Source: Kutzneria sp. (GTDB lineage: Bacteria > Actinomycetota > Actinomycetes > Mycobacteriales > Pseudonocardiaceae). Taken from it: DNA of 64,000 nt. Below, one piece after another: positions 29,602 to 39,398 of the stretch. The stretch covers positions 5,964 through 69,963 of the forward strand of contig DATJJB010000467.1 of NCBI GenBank assembly GCA_035492655.1, read 5' to 3'. The first letter of the stretch is position 1. Each line of letters begins with the position of its first letter. The position numbers were made by a program, and so were the translations under genes. The notes under the pieces were generated by a model. That model saw nothing but the letters and a program-made list of their open reading frames with translations. It was not told the origin of the DNA and ran no database searches.

Positions 29602-31021
29602 TTCCCGGCAGCAGGAGCGCGGCTACGAGGCCGACGACCGCGACGACACCGAGCACACCGAGCGCGAGTGCGAACGGAGCGCCGCCCGGGTGCGCCGCGC
29701 CGACGAGGACCGAGCCGGCGAGTGCCGTGCCCACCGAGGAACCCAGGTTGGACACGCTGCGCGACACACCAGAGATGTCACCCTGCAACCGCACGGGCGA
29801 GTTGGACTGCACGAGGTTCACCGACGCGGTCAGCATCACACCGATGCCGGCCCCGACGAGGAAGAGGCCGGGGACGAAGCTGAACACCCCCGAGTCCTCC
29901 CGGACCAGCGCCAGCAGCAGCGCCATGCCGGCGATCGTGGCCAGGAAGCCGCCGCGCACCAGCCACCGCTGGGCGTGCCGTCGGGCGAGCCGTTCGGCCG
30001 CCGCGGAGGACAGCAGGATGCCCACCGTCGCGGGCAGCAGCATCAGGCCGGTGCCGATGGCGTCGAAGCCGCGGACCTGTTGCAGGAAGACGGAGACCAC
30101 GAAGAACGAGCCCTGGAGGACCAGCCACTGCAGGTGCTGGGTCGTCAGCCCGAGGGAGGTGGTGCGGTCCCGGAACAGCGTCACCGAGAACAGCGGATCG
30201 CGGCCGGCCCGCTCCCGCGCCCGCAGGTGCAGGACCAGCAGGGCCAGCACGACGACACCGGCCAGGATGAACAGCCACACCGGTGAGGGGCCACCGGCCG
30301 GGATGATCACGACGCCGCCGACCGTGAAGGCCGTGCGGGCGACGAACCAGCCGTACGTGCCCGTGCGAAGAATGCCGTACACCACAAGGAAAAGGCCGCC
30401 CGCGGACAGCACGGCGCCGAGCAGGTCGAACCCGGGCGCGGGCGCGGACCGCGGCGGGTCGACGACCCGCCGGGCCAGCAGGATGATCACCAGCACCAGC
30501 AGCGCCTGCAGCAGGAACGACGCGCGCCAGCTGAGCGCGCTGGTGACCAGGCCGCCGATCAGCGGACCGGCCGCGGCGCCCAGCCCGCCCGCGCCGCTGA
30601 CCACGCCGAAGTGCCGGGCCCGGGTGGCCAGGTCCTCGAACGAGACCGTGATCAGGATGTAGATGGGCGGGATCATCAGTGCCGAGCCGACCCCCTCCAG
30701 CACGGAGTAGCCCAGCACCATCACCCCGATGCCGGTGGCCTGCGACGCGAGCACCGCGCCCGCGCCGTACACGGCGAGGCCGCCGACGAAGCAGACCTTG
30801 CGGCCCCAGATGTCGGTCAGCTTGCTGCCGGGGATCATCAGCGCCGCCATGGTCAGCGTGAACAGGGTGATCGTGGTCTGGACGCCGATCACGGTCGTGC
30901 CGATGTCCGCCGCGATCGTGCTGATGGCCACGTTCATGGTCGTCGCGGCGTAGCTGGCGACGAACTGGGCCAGGGCCAGCGGCAACACCAGCGCACCGGC
31001 GCCGGTGCCGGTGCGCGTCAT
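29585..31021 (-). CDS. MFS transporter (14-TM DHA2-like)
   Basis: GSKLTDIWGRK motif A, GPLIGG..SWR and many TM helices. Confidence 0.9.
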   Translation of the reverse strand: MTRTGTGAGALVLPLALAQFVASYAATTMNVAISTIAADIGTTVIGVQTTITLFTLTMAALMIPGSKLTDIWGRKVCFVGGLAVYGAGAVLASQATGIGVMVLGYSVLEGVGSALMIPPIYILITVSFEDLATRARHFGVVSGAGGLGAAAGPLIGGLVTSALSWRASFLLQALLVLVIILLARRVVDPPRSAPAPGFDLLGAVLSAGGLFLVVYGILRTGTYGWFVARTAFTVGGVVIIPAGGPSPVWLFILAGVVVLALLVLHLRARERAGRDPLFSVTLFRDRTTSLGLTTQHLQWLVLQGSFFVVSVFLQQVRGFDAIGTGLMLLPATVGILLSSAAAERLARRHAQRWLVRGGFLATIAGMALLLALVREDSGVFSFVPGLFLVGAGIGVMLTASVNLVQSNSPVRLQGDISGVSRSVSNLGSSVGTALAGSVLVGAAHPGGAPFALALGVLGVVAVVGLVAALLLPGTTRAG

Positions 31022-31134
31022 CGCGCCCGCCCGGGGCGAGCGGCCACGTCCGGTACAGCGGGCATTCGGTCCACCGCCTGAAGGTCGAGGAGGTCAGGTC
31101 GGGAACACGCTGCGCCCCGCGGGTCTCGCCGTCC

Positions 31135-31151
31135 TCATCCGTGCGGGGTGA
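31135..31151. promoter_or_regulatory. TCAYCC-N5-GGRTGA box upstream of the MFS gene
   Basis: TCATCC GTGCG GGGTGA. Confidence 0.7.
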
Positions 31152-31162
31152 CCGGGCGACGG

Positions 31163-33652
31163 TCACGACGGGACGTCCGGCGACCCGGGGACCGACGCCG
31201 GGAACCCGTCCGCGGTCGTGCCGAGCAGGCCGAGCTCGCGGGCCCGCCGGATGGCGTCGTTGCGCCTGCTGGCCGACAGCTTGCGCAGGATGCTGCGGAT
31301 GTGCGTCTTCACCGTGTTGACCGACACGAACATCGTGCGGGCGATCTCGTCGGTGGACAGCAGGGCGGCCATGTTGCACAGCACTTCGTGCTCGCGCTCG
31401 GTGAGCGGCTCGACCAGCGCCGGCGGTCGGGGGGCGTCGGCCGTCCGCATCGTCGGCACGACGGCCAGCGCGCCGCCCAGCCAGCTGTGCTGGTGGAGCA
31501 GTTCCTGGTCCTGCAACAACAATCTCCGCAGCCGGGGCGGCGCCTCGACGATCGGCCGGCGCAGGCTCTCCGGGGCGGCCAGGTGCAGCGCGTGCGAAAG
31601 GGCCTGCCGGGCCAGGTCGTCGCGTCCCCGGTCGAGCTCGGTGGCGGCCCGGCGCAGCCACGCCTCCACCGGGTCGGTGACCGCACGTCCCTCGGCCGGT
31701 CGGCCGGCGGCGGTGAGCCAGGCCGGTGACGCGCGGCCGGCCTGGGCAGCGGTCCGGGTGCGCAGCACCCGTTCGCGAAGGACGGCGAGCGCCGCGGCGG
31801 TGACCGGGTCGTCCCGGTCCTCCCGGGCACGCGCGTGCCGCCGCGCGGCGGGCAGGTCGTGCTGGTCGAAGTGGATCCAGGCCAGCGCGGCGTCGATGGC
31901 GGCCGGCCGCTGGGCGCCGGCGAGGCCGAAGCGGTCCGCGACCCTGGCGGCCGCGCCGACATGCTCGCCGGCCCGGCGCAACCGGCCCTGTGTCGCGTTG
32001 AGCAGGGCCAGTTGGCCGAGCACGCGTGCCCATAATCGGCCGAGTCCGGCGGCTTCCGCCGACCGCCCGGCGGCCAGCAGCGTGTCCTCGGCCTTGTCGA
32101 GTTCGCCGTGCCACAGCAGGGACGCGCCCGCAGCGGCATGCACGAGGGCCGACAGGTCCGCCGGCGGCGGCTGTCCGGGTTCCGCGGCCAGCTCGTCGAA
32201 CTCGGCGGCGGCGTCGGCCGCGGCCTCCATGTCGGCCACCAGCACCCCGACCGTGGCGACGGCCAGCCGTAGCGCCCTGGTGGCGGCCTGCGCCGCCCGG
32301 CCGGCGAGCGCCTGCCGGGCCCGGGCGAGATGTGCGGCGGCGCGGTCGCGGTTGCCGGCGGCCAACGCGACGGCGGCCCGCAACACGGAGCAGTGCGGCC
32401 CGGAGACGTCCTCGGACATGCCGGCGACGACCTCGACGAGCCGCTGGTCCGTGCCGGCCAGCACCGCGCCGACCGCGAGGCCCTCGACGACCAGGGTGGC
32501 CGCGTGCGCCCATTCGCCGGCCTCGACGGCGTGCACCGCGGCGGCCGCGGCCTGCCCGTCCGCGGTCAGCCACTGCGCGGCCTTGCGGTGCAGGCGGACG
32601 ACGTCCTCGGCCGGACGGCGGCCGAGCTGCGTCCGCAGCAGGTCGCGGTACAGCTGGTGGTAGCGGAAGCCGCCGTCGGCGGGCAGCACGAACACGTTGG
32701 CCTGCACCAGATCGGGCAGCAGACGCGCGCTGTCCTCGCGACCGCTGAGCTCGTCGGCCAGCTCCGGCGGCAGCCGGTCCGCCACGCTGGTCCGGAGCAG
32801 GAACTCGCGCACGTCGGCCGGGTGCGCGGCGAGCACCTCGGCCAGGAAGTACTCGGCGACGTCGTGCCGGCCGCCGTCGAACCGCCGCACGATCTCGTCG
32901 CTGTCCCGGCGGTCCCGGTCCTGTAGGGACATCGCCGCCATCCGCAGCCCGGCCGCCCAGCCCTCGGTGCGGCGGACCAGCAGCCGCACGCCGTCCGGCC
33001 CCAGCTGGGCGCTGTGCTCGGCCAGCATCGCCTGCGCCTCGGCGGCGGTGAACGCCAGCTCGTCGAGACCGATCTCGGTGAGCCAGCCGGCCAGTCGGTA
33101 CCGGTGCAGCGGCAGCGGCGGCGCGGTGCGGCCGATCGCCACCACCCGCAGCTGTGGCGACGAGTGCCGGAGCAGGAAGTCGACGCCGTCGACGACCTGC
33201 GGGCCGAGCACGTCAACGTTGTCCAGCACCAACACCGACGGCTCGTCCTGGTCGGACAGGCAGGCGGACAGCCTGGTCAGCAACGACCGGCCGGTGGCGT
33301 CGGGCCGGGACGGCGGGGTGAGCAGGGGCAGCTGGACACCGCTGCGGGCCAACCCCTCCAGCACGTACGTCCAGAACACGCCGGGCTGGTCGTCGCCGGG
33401 TTCCAGGCTGATCCACGCGACCCGGCCGGGCACCTGTCCGGCCGACACCCAGGAGCCGGCCAGCACGGTCTTGCCCGCGCCGGCGGGCGCGCCGATCAGG
33501 GTGAGCGGGCCTCGGGTCCCCTCGTGCAACCGGTCGAGCAGCCGCTGCCGCAGCACCACCCGTGAGCGGATCTCAGCGACCCGCAGTTTCGCCGGCATCA
33601 GTGGATCGCCGCCGGGAATCACGGAATACGCCTCGGCAGTATCGGCACGCAC
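31163..33652 (-). CDS. MalT-like STAND ATPase LuxR regulator
   Basis: KL..R.RL, APAGAGKT, TEGWAAGL and C-terminal EPLTEREHEVL..VSVNTVKTHIRSILRKL. Start uncertain (33652 or 33598). Confidence 0.92.
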   Translation of the reverse strand: MRADTAEAYSVIPGGDPLMPAKLRVAEIRSRVVLRQRLLDRLHEGTRGPLTLIGAPAGAGKTVLAGSWVSAGQVPGRVAWISLEPGDDQPGVFWTYVLEGLARSGVQLPLLTPPSRPDATGRSLLTRLSACLSDQDEPSVLVLDNVDVLGPQVVDGVDFLLRHSSPQLRVVAIGRTAPPLPLHRYRLAGWLTEIGLDELAFTAAEAQAMLAEHSAQLGPDGVRLLVRRTEGWAAGLRMAAMSLQDRDRRDSDEIVRRFDGGRHDVAEYFLAEVLAAHPADVREFLLRTSVADRLPPELADELSGREDSARLLPDLVQANVFVLPADGGFRYHQLYRDLLRTQLGRRPAEDVVRLHRKAAQWLTADGQAAAAAVHAVEAGEWAHAATLVVEGLAVGAVLAGTDQRLVEVVAGMSEDVSGPHCSVLRAAVALAAGNRDRAAAHLARARQALAGRAAQAATRALRLAVATVGVLVADMEAAADAAAEFDELAAEPGQPPPADLSALVHAAAGASLLWHGELDKAEDTLLAAGRSAEAAGLGRLWARVLGQLALLNATQGRLRRAGEHVGAAARVADRFGLAGAQRPAAIDAALAWIHFDQHDLPAARRHARAREDRDDPVTAAALAVLRERVLRTRTAAQAGRASPAWLTAAGRPAEGRAVTDPVEAWLRRAATELDRGRDDLARQALSHALHLAAPESLRRPIVEAPPRLRRLLLQDQELLHQHSWLGGALAVVPTMRTADAPRPPALVEPLTEREHEVLCNMAALLSTDEIARTMFVSVNTVKTHIRSILRKLSASRRNDAIRRARELGLLGTTADGFPASVPGSPDVPS

Positions 33653-33751
33653 CTCAAGTCACCCGCCTGATCGTCTTGGCAGCAAAAGACCAGCGGTCGC
33701 GTCGCGGTACCCAGCCGAAACCGAGTCTCGCGCGCCGCGACCGCCGGTACA

Positions 33752-33839
33752 TCACCCCACACGGATGATGTTGAGCACCGCCCGGCCACGCGCGAAGTGC
33801 TTCGTGTCGCAACGACTCGCGTTCATACGCCACGGGTGA
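33752..33839. promoter_or_regulatory. Two TCAYCC-N5-GGRTGA boxes in the LuxR / DUF1269 divergent region
   Basis: TCACCC CACAC GGATGA (33752-33768) and TCATAC GCCAC GGGTGA (33823-33839). Confidence 0.7.
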
Positions 33840-33917
33840 GGCGGCGACGCCGCGCCACGGCTGCGATGGACGCCGGAGCCGGGCCGCGCATCGGCCGGCG
33901 GAAGGGAGTGGGCGCAC

Positions 33918-34448
33918 ATGGCGACGTTGGTGGCCATCGGGTATCCCGACGAGACAACGGCCGCGGCGGCGGCGGAGGAGGTGCAGCGCCTTGCGGCGGA
34001 CCTGGTGATCGAACCGGACGCCATCGCGGTGGTCACCAGGGACTCCGGCGGCGCGTTCCACACGACGACCAACCACCACCAGATCGCCGGCGGGGCGACC
34101 TGGGGCATGTTCTGGGGCCTGCTGTTCGGCCTGCTGTTCTTCGTGCCGTTCCTGGGCATGGCGGTCGGCGCCGGCCTCGGCGCGCTGCTGGGCAAGGTGG
34201 AGAAGTCCGGCATCGGCAAGCAGTTCCAGCGCCAGGTGCGGGACATGCTCCAGCCGGGCACGTCGGCGCTGTTCCTGATCATCGAGCGGGCCACCCCCGA
34301 CAAGGCGGTCGCCGCGCTGAGCAGGTACGGCGGCACCGTGCTCAAGTCCTCGCTGCCCGAGCAGGCGGAGGTCCAGCTGCAGGCGGCGCTGCACGGCGAG
34401 ACGGCGACGCACACCACCGAGCCGGCCGCCGACAGCCGGTCGCACTGA
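33918..34448 (+). CDS. DUF1269-like membrane protein
   Basis: Glycine-zipper GATWGMFWGLLFGLLFFVPFLGMAVGAGLGAL, LQPGTSALF and GGTVLKSSL. Confidence 0.85.
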   Translation: MATLVAIGYPDETTAAAAAEEVQRLAADLVIEPDAIAVVTRDSGGAFHTTTNHHQIAGGATWGMFWGLLFGLLFFVPFLGMAVGAGLGALLGKVEKSGIGKQFQRQVRDMLQPGTSALFLIIERATPDKAVAALSRYGGTVLKSSLPEQAEVQLQAALHGETATHTTEPAADSRSH

Positions 34449-34460
34449 GGGAGGCCCGTC

Positions 34461-34994
34461 ATGACGATCGGTCCCGTGCAACTGCTGGTGCTGGGGTTCC
34501 AGCATCCCGAGTTCAAGGGCGAGGTGCTGGCCGAGCTGGAGCGGCTGCGGACGAGCGACACCATCAAGGTGATCGACGCGCTGCTGCTGCGCAAGGACGA
34601 GACGGGGCGGACGGAGATCGAGCACCTGACCAACCTGACTCCGGCGGAGACCGTCGAGCTGGGCAGCAAGATCGGCGCGCTGGTCGGCCTCGGCTACGAC
34701 GGGGATTCGGGGGCCGCGGCGGGCCTGTCGGCCGGCGCCCGGTCGGCGCGGGAGCGCGGCGTGCACGTGTTCGGCGACAAGCAGGCGTGGGACGTGCTCG
34801 CCGAGATCCCGAACGACTCGGCGGCCGCGCTGTTGCTGCTGGAGCACCACTGGGCGGTGCCGCTGCGGGACGCGCTGGCGCGCACCGGCGGCTTCCGCGT
34901 CGGCGACGTCTTCATCAGCCCGTTCGACCTGGTCGACATCGGTCTGGCCACCCGGCAGGAGGCCCAGCTGATGCACAACCTGGAAGCTCCCTAG
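34461..34994 (+). CDS. DUF1269/DUF6325-like protein
   Basis: GPVQLLVLGF, IKVIDALLLRKD, AALLLLEHHWA. RBS GGAGG. Confidence 0.75.
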   Translation: MTIGPVQLLVLGFQHPEFKGEVLAELERLRTSDTIKVIDALLLRKDETGRTEIEHLTNLTPAETVELGSKIGALVGLGYDGDSGAAAGLSAGARSARERGVHVFGDKQAWDVLAEIPNDSAAALLLLEHHWAVPLRDALARTGGFRVGDVFISPFDLVDIGLATRQEAQLMHNLEAP

Positions 34995-35046
34995 CACCGA
35001 TGGACGACACCACCGCCCGCGCGACCCGGTCGCGCGGGCGGTGGTG

Positions 35047-35508
35047 TCAGGAGCACAGATCCGAGGCCTGCCGCTTGACCGCGTCCCAACCCGCGCCGAC
35101 CGCGGTGAGCCCCGAAGCCAACGGCGGCAACGCCGCGCGGATGCTGTCGGTGTTGGTCAAGCTGACGATGGTGTCGCTCAGGTCGTCCAGCTCGGTGCGC
35201 AGTGCCCGCAGATGCGAGGCGTACGTGCTGTCGGCGTTCTGGGCGACGACGCGCAGCTGCGCGTACACCTCGTGCACGGCGGCATCCAACCCGTTCGCGC
35301 CGACCAGGACCACGTCCATCGTGAGCAGGGCGTGCACGTCGGAACCCAGTTGCCGCAGCGACTCGCAGAGAACGTCCGTGTGCGACGCCGGCGTCGTGAC
35401 CGCGCCCGGGGCACCGGTGCCGGGGGGCGCGAGTGTCGTGTTCCCGCACCCGGCCACCGAGCACATCAGCAGGATCGACGCCGCTGCCAACACGTTCCGT
35501 TTCGCCAT
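35047..35508 (-). CDS. Putative lipoprotein
   Basis: MAKRNVLAAASILLMCSVAGC lipobox-like sequence, a Pro/Thr linker, and a helical domain bracketed by two Cys. Confidence 0.7.
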   Translation of the reverse strand: MAKRNVLAAASILLMCSVAGCGNTTLAPPGTGAPGAVTTPASHTDVLCESLRQLGSDVHALLTMDVVLVGANGLDAAVHEVYAQLRVVAQNADSTYASHLRALRTELDDLSDTIVSLTNTDSIRAALPPLASGLTAVGAGWDAVKRQASDLCS

Positions 35509-35543
35509 TGCTGAAGCCTGTGCCGGCGGGCCCGGTCCGGTCG

Positions 35544-35601
35544 TCACTCGGCACGGATGAGGACACCGTCCACCGCCGGCGCGTTCACCCCCGGCGGGTG
35601 A
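35544..35601. promoter_or_regulatory. Two TCAYCC-N5-GGRTGA boxes in the lipoprotein / membrane protein divergent region
   Basis: TCACTC GGCAC GGATGA (35544-35560) and TCACCC CCGGC GGGTGA (35585-35601). Confidence 0.7.
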
Positions 35602-35666
35602 GGCATCCTCGGCCGGGGCACGACAGGGTCTGCCGGCGACGACATCGTTAGCCGAAGGGAAAGCAG

Positions 35667-36104
35667 ATGGTGCTGAACAAGACGGTATGGGCCGGCTGGG
35701 TGTTCTTCGCCGGCGTGATGCTGCTGGTGACCGGCGTGCTCAACGTGGTGGAGGGCTTCGTGGCCCTCAGCCAGCAAACGCGGGTCGTCATGGTCGAGGA
35801 CAAGCTGTACATGATCGACATCAGCGGCTGGGGCTGGGCGCTGGTGATCTTCGGCGCTGTCATGCTCGCGTCCGGGCTCGGCCTGTTCGCGGCCAGCAGC
35901 GCGGCCCGGATCGCCGCGATCGTGATCGTCGGCGTGCACGCGGCGGTGCAGGTCTTCTGGCTCGGCGCCTATCCGGTGTGGTCGTTGCTGATGATCGCGC
36001 TGGACACTGTGGTGCTGTACGCGCTCACGGTGCGGTGGCAGGACGTGCGGACACCGAACAGCAGCAAGGTGACCACTTTCGGCGATCGAACCACGGTGAC
36101 GTGA
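35667..36104 (+). CDS. 4-TM membrane protein (DUF7144-like)
   Basis: GWVFFAGVMLL, WGWALVIFG, AYPVWSLLMIALD. Confidence 0.8.
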   Translation: MVLNKTVWAGWVFFAGVMLLVTGVLNVVEGFVALSQQTRVVMVEDKLYMIDISGWGWALVIFGAVMLASGLGLFAASSAARIAAIVIVGVHAAVQVFWLGAYPVWSLLMIALDTVVLYALTVRWQDVRTPNSSKVTTFGDRTTVT

Positions 36105-36107
36105 GGC

Positions 36108-37481
36108 GTGTCGGAAGGCGAGGTCGTCCAGCTGCGGGCCGAGGTGCTGGCACTGCGGTCCGAGCTGGACCGGAGACGAAGGCGCGGCCGGCGCCTCGCC
36201 GTCGCCCGCGACTGGGCGACGGCCCTGCTGGCCGCCGTCGCGGCGCTGGGCGTCGTGGTCGCGATGGTAGGGGTGTGGACGACGTGGACCGCGTTGGACA
36301 CGGATCGGTGGGTCGCCACGATCGCCCCGCTGCCCAGCCAGCCGGAGGTGGCGACGGCCATCGCCACCTACACCACCGACGAGGTCTTCCAGGCGGTGGA
36401 CGTGCGGCGACGGCTCGCCGACGTGCTGCCGGGGCCGGCGGCGTTCGTGGCGGGGCCGGTCACCGACCAGCTGCACGGATTCGTGCAGCGGACGGTCGAC
36501 CAGCTGGTGCGCACGGACCAGTTCCAGCAACTGTGGATGGCCGCCAACCGGCTGGTCCACCAGCAGGCGGTGGCGGTGATCGAGGGCGACAGCCAGGTGA
36601 TCGCCGCGACCGGCGACGAGGTGCGCATCGACCTGCTGCCGGTGGTCAACCAGGTGCTCCGACAGTTGGAGCAGCAGCTGCCGACGCTGTTCGGGCACCG
36701 GCTGGACCTGCCCGACGTGACCAGTGGCGAGGTGCCCCCGCGATTGCGGGCGATGGTCGGCGACGCCCTCGGCGTCACGCTGCCGGCGGACTTCGCCCGG
36801 TTCACCGTCTACCGCGGTGACCAGTTGCGGCAGGTGCAGCAGGCCGTGGTGCTGGCGCAGCGGTGGCTGTACGGCGTGATCGCGGCGACGGTCGCGGTGT
36901 TCGGGGCGGCGATGTGGATGTCGCCGTCCCGGCGCCGGACACTGCTCCAGTTCGGCGTGTGGCTGGCGGTGTGGGTCGTCGCCGTGACCGCGGCGATCCG
37001 GGCGGGCAAGGCCGAGATGCTGACGCAGGTCCCGGCCGGTGTCTACCGCTCGGCCGCCGACACCGCCGTGACGGTGGTGTTCTCCGGGCTGTACCGAAGC
37101 GGACTCGGTCTGTTCGCCGCGGGCTGCCTGGTGGCGGTGCTGGCCTACCTGGTGGGGCCGGGCCGGCTGCCCCGGTGGTTGCGGGGCAACGCGGCCGACG
37201 GCGGCCGGTGGCTGTGGCACTCCGGGCGCCGTGTCGGGGCGGCGAGCCCGGAGTGGATCCGGCGCCATGTCGACGTGTTGCGGGTGGCCGGTGTCGCCGT
37301 CGCGGCGGTGCTCGCGTGGCTGCTGTCGTCGTGGCTCGGATTGCTTGTCGTGGCAACGGTTCTCGGCGTGTACGAACTGGTGCTCACGTTCATCGTCCCT
37401 CACGGCGGCGCTGCACGGCGCCGAGCAGCACCCGAAGCATCACCCCCAGCACCAACAGGTCGGCCACCATCTGGACGATGA
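36108..37481 (+). CDS. Integral membrane protein
   Basis: N-terminal coiled coil and TM, an LDTDRWVATIAPL extracytoplasmic domain, and several C-terminal TMs. Confidence 0.8.
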   Translation: MSEGEVVQLRAEVLALRSELDRRRRRGRRLAVARDWATALLAAVAALGVVVAMVGVWTTWTALDTDRWVATIAPLPSQPEVATAIATYTTDEVFQAVDVRRRLADVLPGPAAFVAGPVTDQLHGFVQRTVDQLVRTDQFQQLWMAANRLVHQQAVAVIEGDSQVIAATGDEVRIDLLPVVNQVLRQLEQQLPTLFGHRLDLPDVTSGEVPPRLRAMVGDALGVTLPADFARFTVYRGDQLRQVQQAVVLAQRWLYGVIAATVAVFGAAMWMSPSRRRTLLQFGVWLAVWVVAVTAAIRAGKAEMLTQVPAGVYRSAADTAVTVVFSGLYRSGLGLFAAGCLVAVLAYLVGPGRLPRWLRGNAADGGRWLWHSGRRVGAASPEWIRRHVDVLRVAGVAVAAVLAWLLSSWLGLLVVATVLGVYELVLTFIVPHGGAARRRAAPEASPPAPTGRPPSGR

Positions 37482-37893
37482 CCGCGATCCTCGCCTGCTG
37501 GCCGACCGCGACGATGTCGCCGAAGCCGACGGTGGCGAAGACCGTGACCGTGAAGTAGAGCGCGTCGGTCCGGGTCAGCGGCTGGTTGAAACTGCCGGGG
37601 AGGTCCGTGGCCAGCAGGTGGTACACCGAGGCGAACACCAGCAGGAACAACGGAATCGCCATGGCCAGCGCCTGCGTGCCCTGAGCCACCGGGTGGGGCG
37701 ACCGCAGGATCACCCGAACCTGCCAGACCACCACCCCGACGACCGCCGCCAGCCCGCAGACGAGGATGGCGACGGCGCCGACGCCCGACGGATGGTCCGT
37801 CGGGGCCAGGTAGTACAGCGTCACCATGCCCGCGACCGACAACACCGATCGAACGGCCGCCAGCGTGATCGGCAGCCACTGTGTCCGTTGCAT
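37390..37893 (-). CDS. Potassium channel family protein (KcsA-like pore)
   Basis: DALYFTVTVFATVGFGDI selectivity filter. Start re-called at MQRTQW with GGAGG. Confidence 0.9.
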   Translation of the reverse strand: MQRTQWLPITLAAVRSVLSVAGMVTLYYLAPTDHPSGVGAVAILVCGLAAVVGVVVWQVRVILRSPHPVAQGTQALAMAIPLFLLVFASVYHLLATDLPGSFNQPLTRTDALYFTVTVFATVGFGDIVAVGQQARIAVIVQMVADLLVLGVMLRVLLGAVQRRREGR

Positions 37894-38032
37894 GCCCGCC
37901 TCCGTCCGGAAGTCCCTTCGCCCCATGGTATTCGCGGGCCATCCGCGGGGGAGGAGGCGACGCCGGCGGGGCGCGGGCAGCGTGAACCCCTGACATGCGA
38001 CCGCATGTCAGCTGCTGGATCAGGGAGTAACG

Positions 38033-38428
38033 ATGAATCTCGCGCAGTCGAGCGGCTACCCGATGCTGGACGTGCTGTGGACGATGCTGATCGTGTTCGC
38101 GTGGATCATCTGGTTCTGGCTGCTCATCACCATCTTCGCCGACCTGTTCCGCCGGCACGACGTCTCCGGCTGGGGCAAGGCCGGCTGGACCGTGCTGCTC
38201 ATCCTGTTGCCGTTCATCGGCGTGCTGGCCTACCTGATCGCCGAGGGCAGCGCCATGGCGGCGCGGCGCGACATCGCCACGATGGACGACCCCCGACACT
38301 ACGTGCGGCCGGCGCCGGACACCAACGGCGCGGCGGAGCAGATCGCCAAGGCGAAGGCGTTGCTGGACAGCGGTGCGATCAGCACCACCGACTACGAGAC
38401 GCTCAAGCGCAAGGCGATCATGTCGTAG
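38033..38428 (+). CDS. PLDc_N + SHOCT domain membrane protein
   Basis: DLFRRHDVSGWGKAGW..LPFIGVLAYLIA and QIAKAKALLDSGAIS..DYETLK. Confidence 0.88.
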   Translation: MNLAQSSGYPMLDVLWTMLIVFAWIIWFWLLITIFADLFRRHDVSGWGKAGWTVLLILLPFIGVLAYLIAEGSAMAARRDIATMDDPRHYVRPAPDTNGAAEQIAKAKALLDSGAISTTDYETLKRKAIMS

Positions 38429-39320
38429 CGACGGCCATGACGTCCGTGGCCAGCACGCGGCCGAGGCCGAGTTCGATGACGGCCTGGTAGACGCGGAGGG
38501 CAAGGTAGGCGTCGAGGCGGTCGGTGCTGAGGAGTTCGACGAGCAGCACGTCGTCCCGGTGGGTGCGGCCGGCGTCGACCTCGGTGAGGACCTGGGCGAG
38601 GTCGGCCTCGACGCGGTGGTAGCGAGGCAGGGCGCGGCGGGGGATGTCGGGGGTGAGGTAGCGGCGAGGGTGGGAAGCCAGCAGGGAGAGGTCGTCGACG
38701 TAGACGGAGCTGACACAGTCGACGAAGGGAGCGGGCAGGTCGCGACCGCTGGCGTTGACGACGACGGCGCCGCGGGCGAGGCGGGTGGAGCGCAGGACGG
38801 GCGGCTCGTCGCCGGTCACGACGACGAGGGTGGCGCCGAACACGGCGTCGTCGGCGGTGGGGGCGACGGAAAGGCCGATGCTGGCGGCGGCGAACTGTTG
38901 TGCCAGGCGGGGAGTGGCGACGCCGGAGTGCACGGCGACATGGCTGACGTCGGGCAGCAGCCGCCCGAGCACGGCGGACTGGACATGGGCGGGAAAGCCG
39001 GAGCCGAGCACGGTGACGGTGACAACGCCGGGGGACAGCAGCAGTTGCGAGGCCAGCGTGGTGAGGGCGGCGCAGCGGCAGGCCCGCAAATGGGCGCTGG
39101 GCAAGGCGAACCGGGTGTCGGCGTCGGGTGTGGACAGCACGGCGAGCTCGGCCCCGGAGCTGCGGGAGCGGGCGGTGTCGAGCGTCCACCCGCCGCTCCG
39201 GTCGGCGCCGGGATCGGTCACGCGGCCGCTGAGCTCGGTGGCCAGCACGTCGACGAGGTCGATCTCGTCGAGGGCGCGGAGCAGCTCGTCGGAACCGAGC
39301 TGACGCACGAAGCCACTCAT
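38418..39320 (-). CDS. Ornithine cyclodeaminase / mu-crystallin-like protein (divergent)
   Basis: LRACRCAALTTLAS resembles LTAxRTAA. Also TVLGSG, VYVDD, ADLAQVL..GRTH.DDV and LALRVYQ.A.ELGLG. Confidence 0.7.
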   Translation of the reverse strand: MSGFVRQLGSDELLRALDEIDLVDVLATELSGRVTDPGADRSGGWTLDTARSRSSGAELAVLSTPDADTRFALPSAHLRACRCAALTTLASQLLLSPGVVTVTVLGSGFPAHVQSAVLGRLLPDVSHVAVHSGVATPRLAQQFAAASIGLSVAPTADDAVFGATLVVVTGDEPPVLRSTRLARGAVVVNASGRDLPAPFVDCVSSVYVDDLSLLASHPRRYLTPDIPRRALPRYHRVEADLAQVLTEVDAGRTHRDDVLLVELLSTDRLDAYLALRVYQAVIELGLGRVLATDVMAVATT

Positions 39321-39398
39321 CCGATGCCCCTCCGAACTCAACGATCGCTGGGGCCATGGAACAGCGGCGCGCTTTCGAAGCGCTTCTCGTCGGCCAAA

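Noticed and set aside
26927-30286. Long antisense ORFs (also 11838-14075, 18630-21116, 29778-32573, 38373-40901, 57772-60156)
   Set aside because: These are typical stop-poor shadow frames of high-GC genes. They have no motifs and lie over well-supported CDSs.
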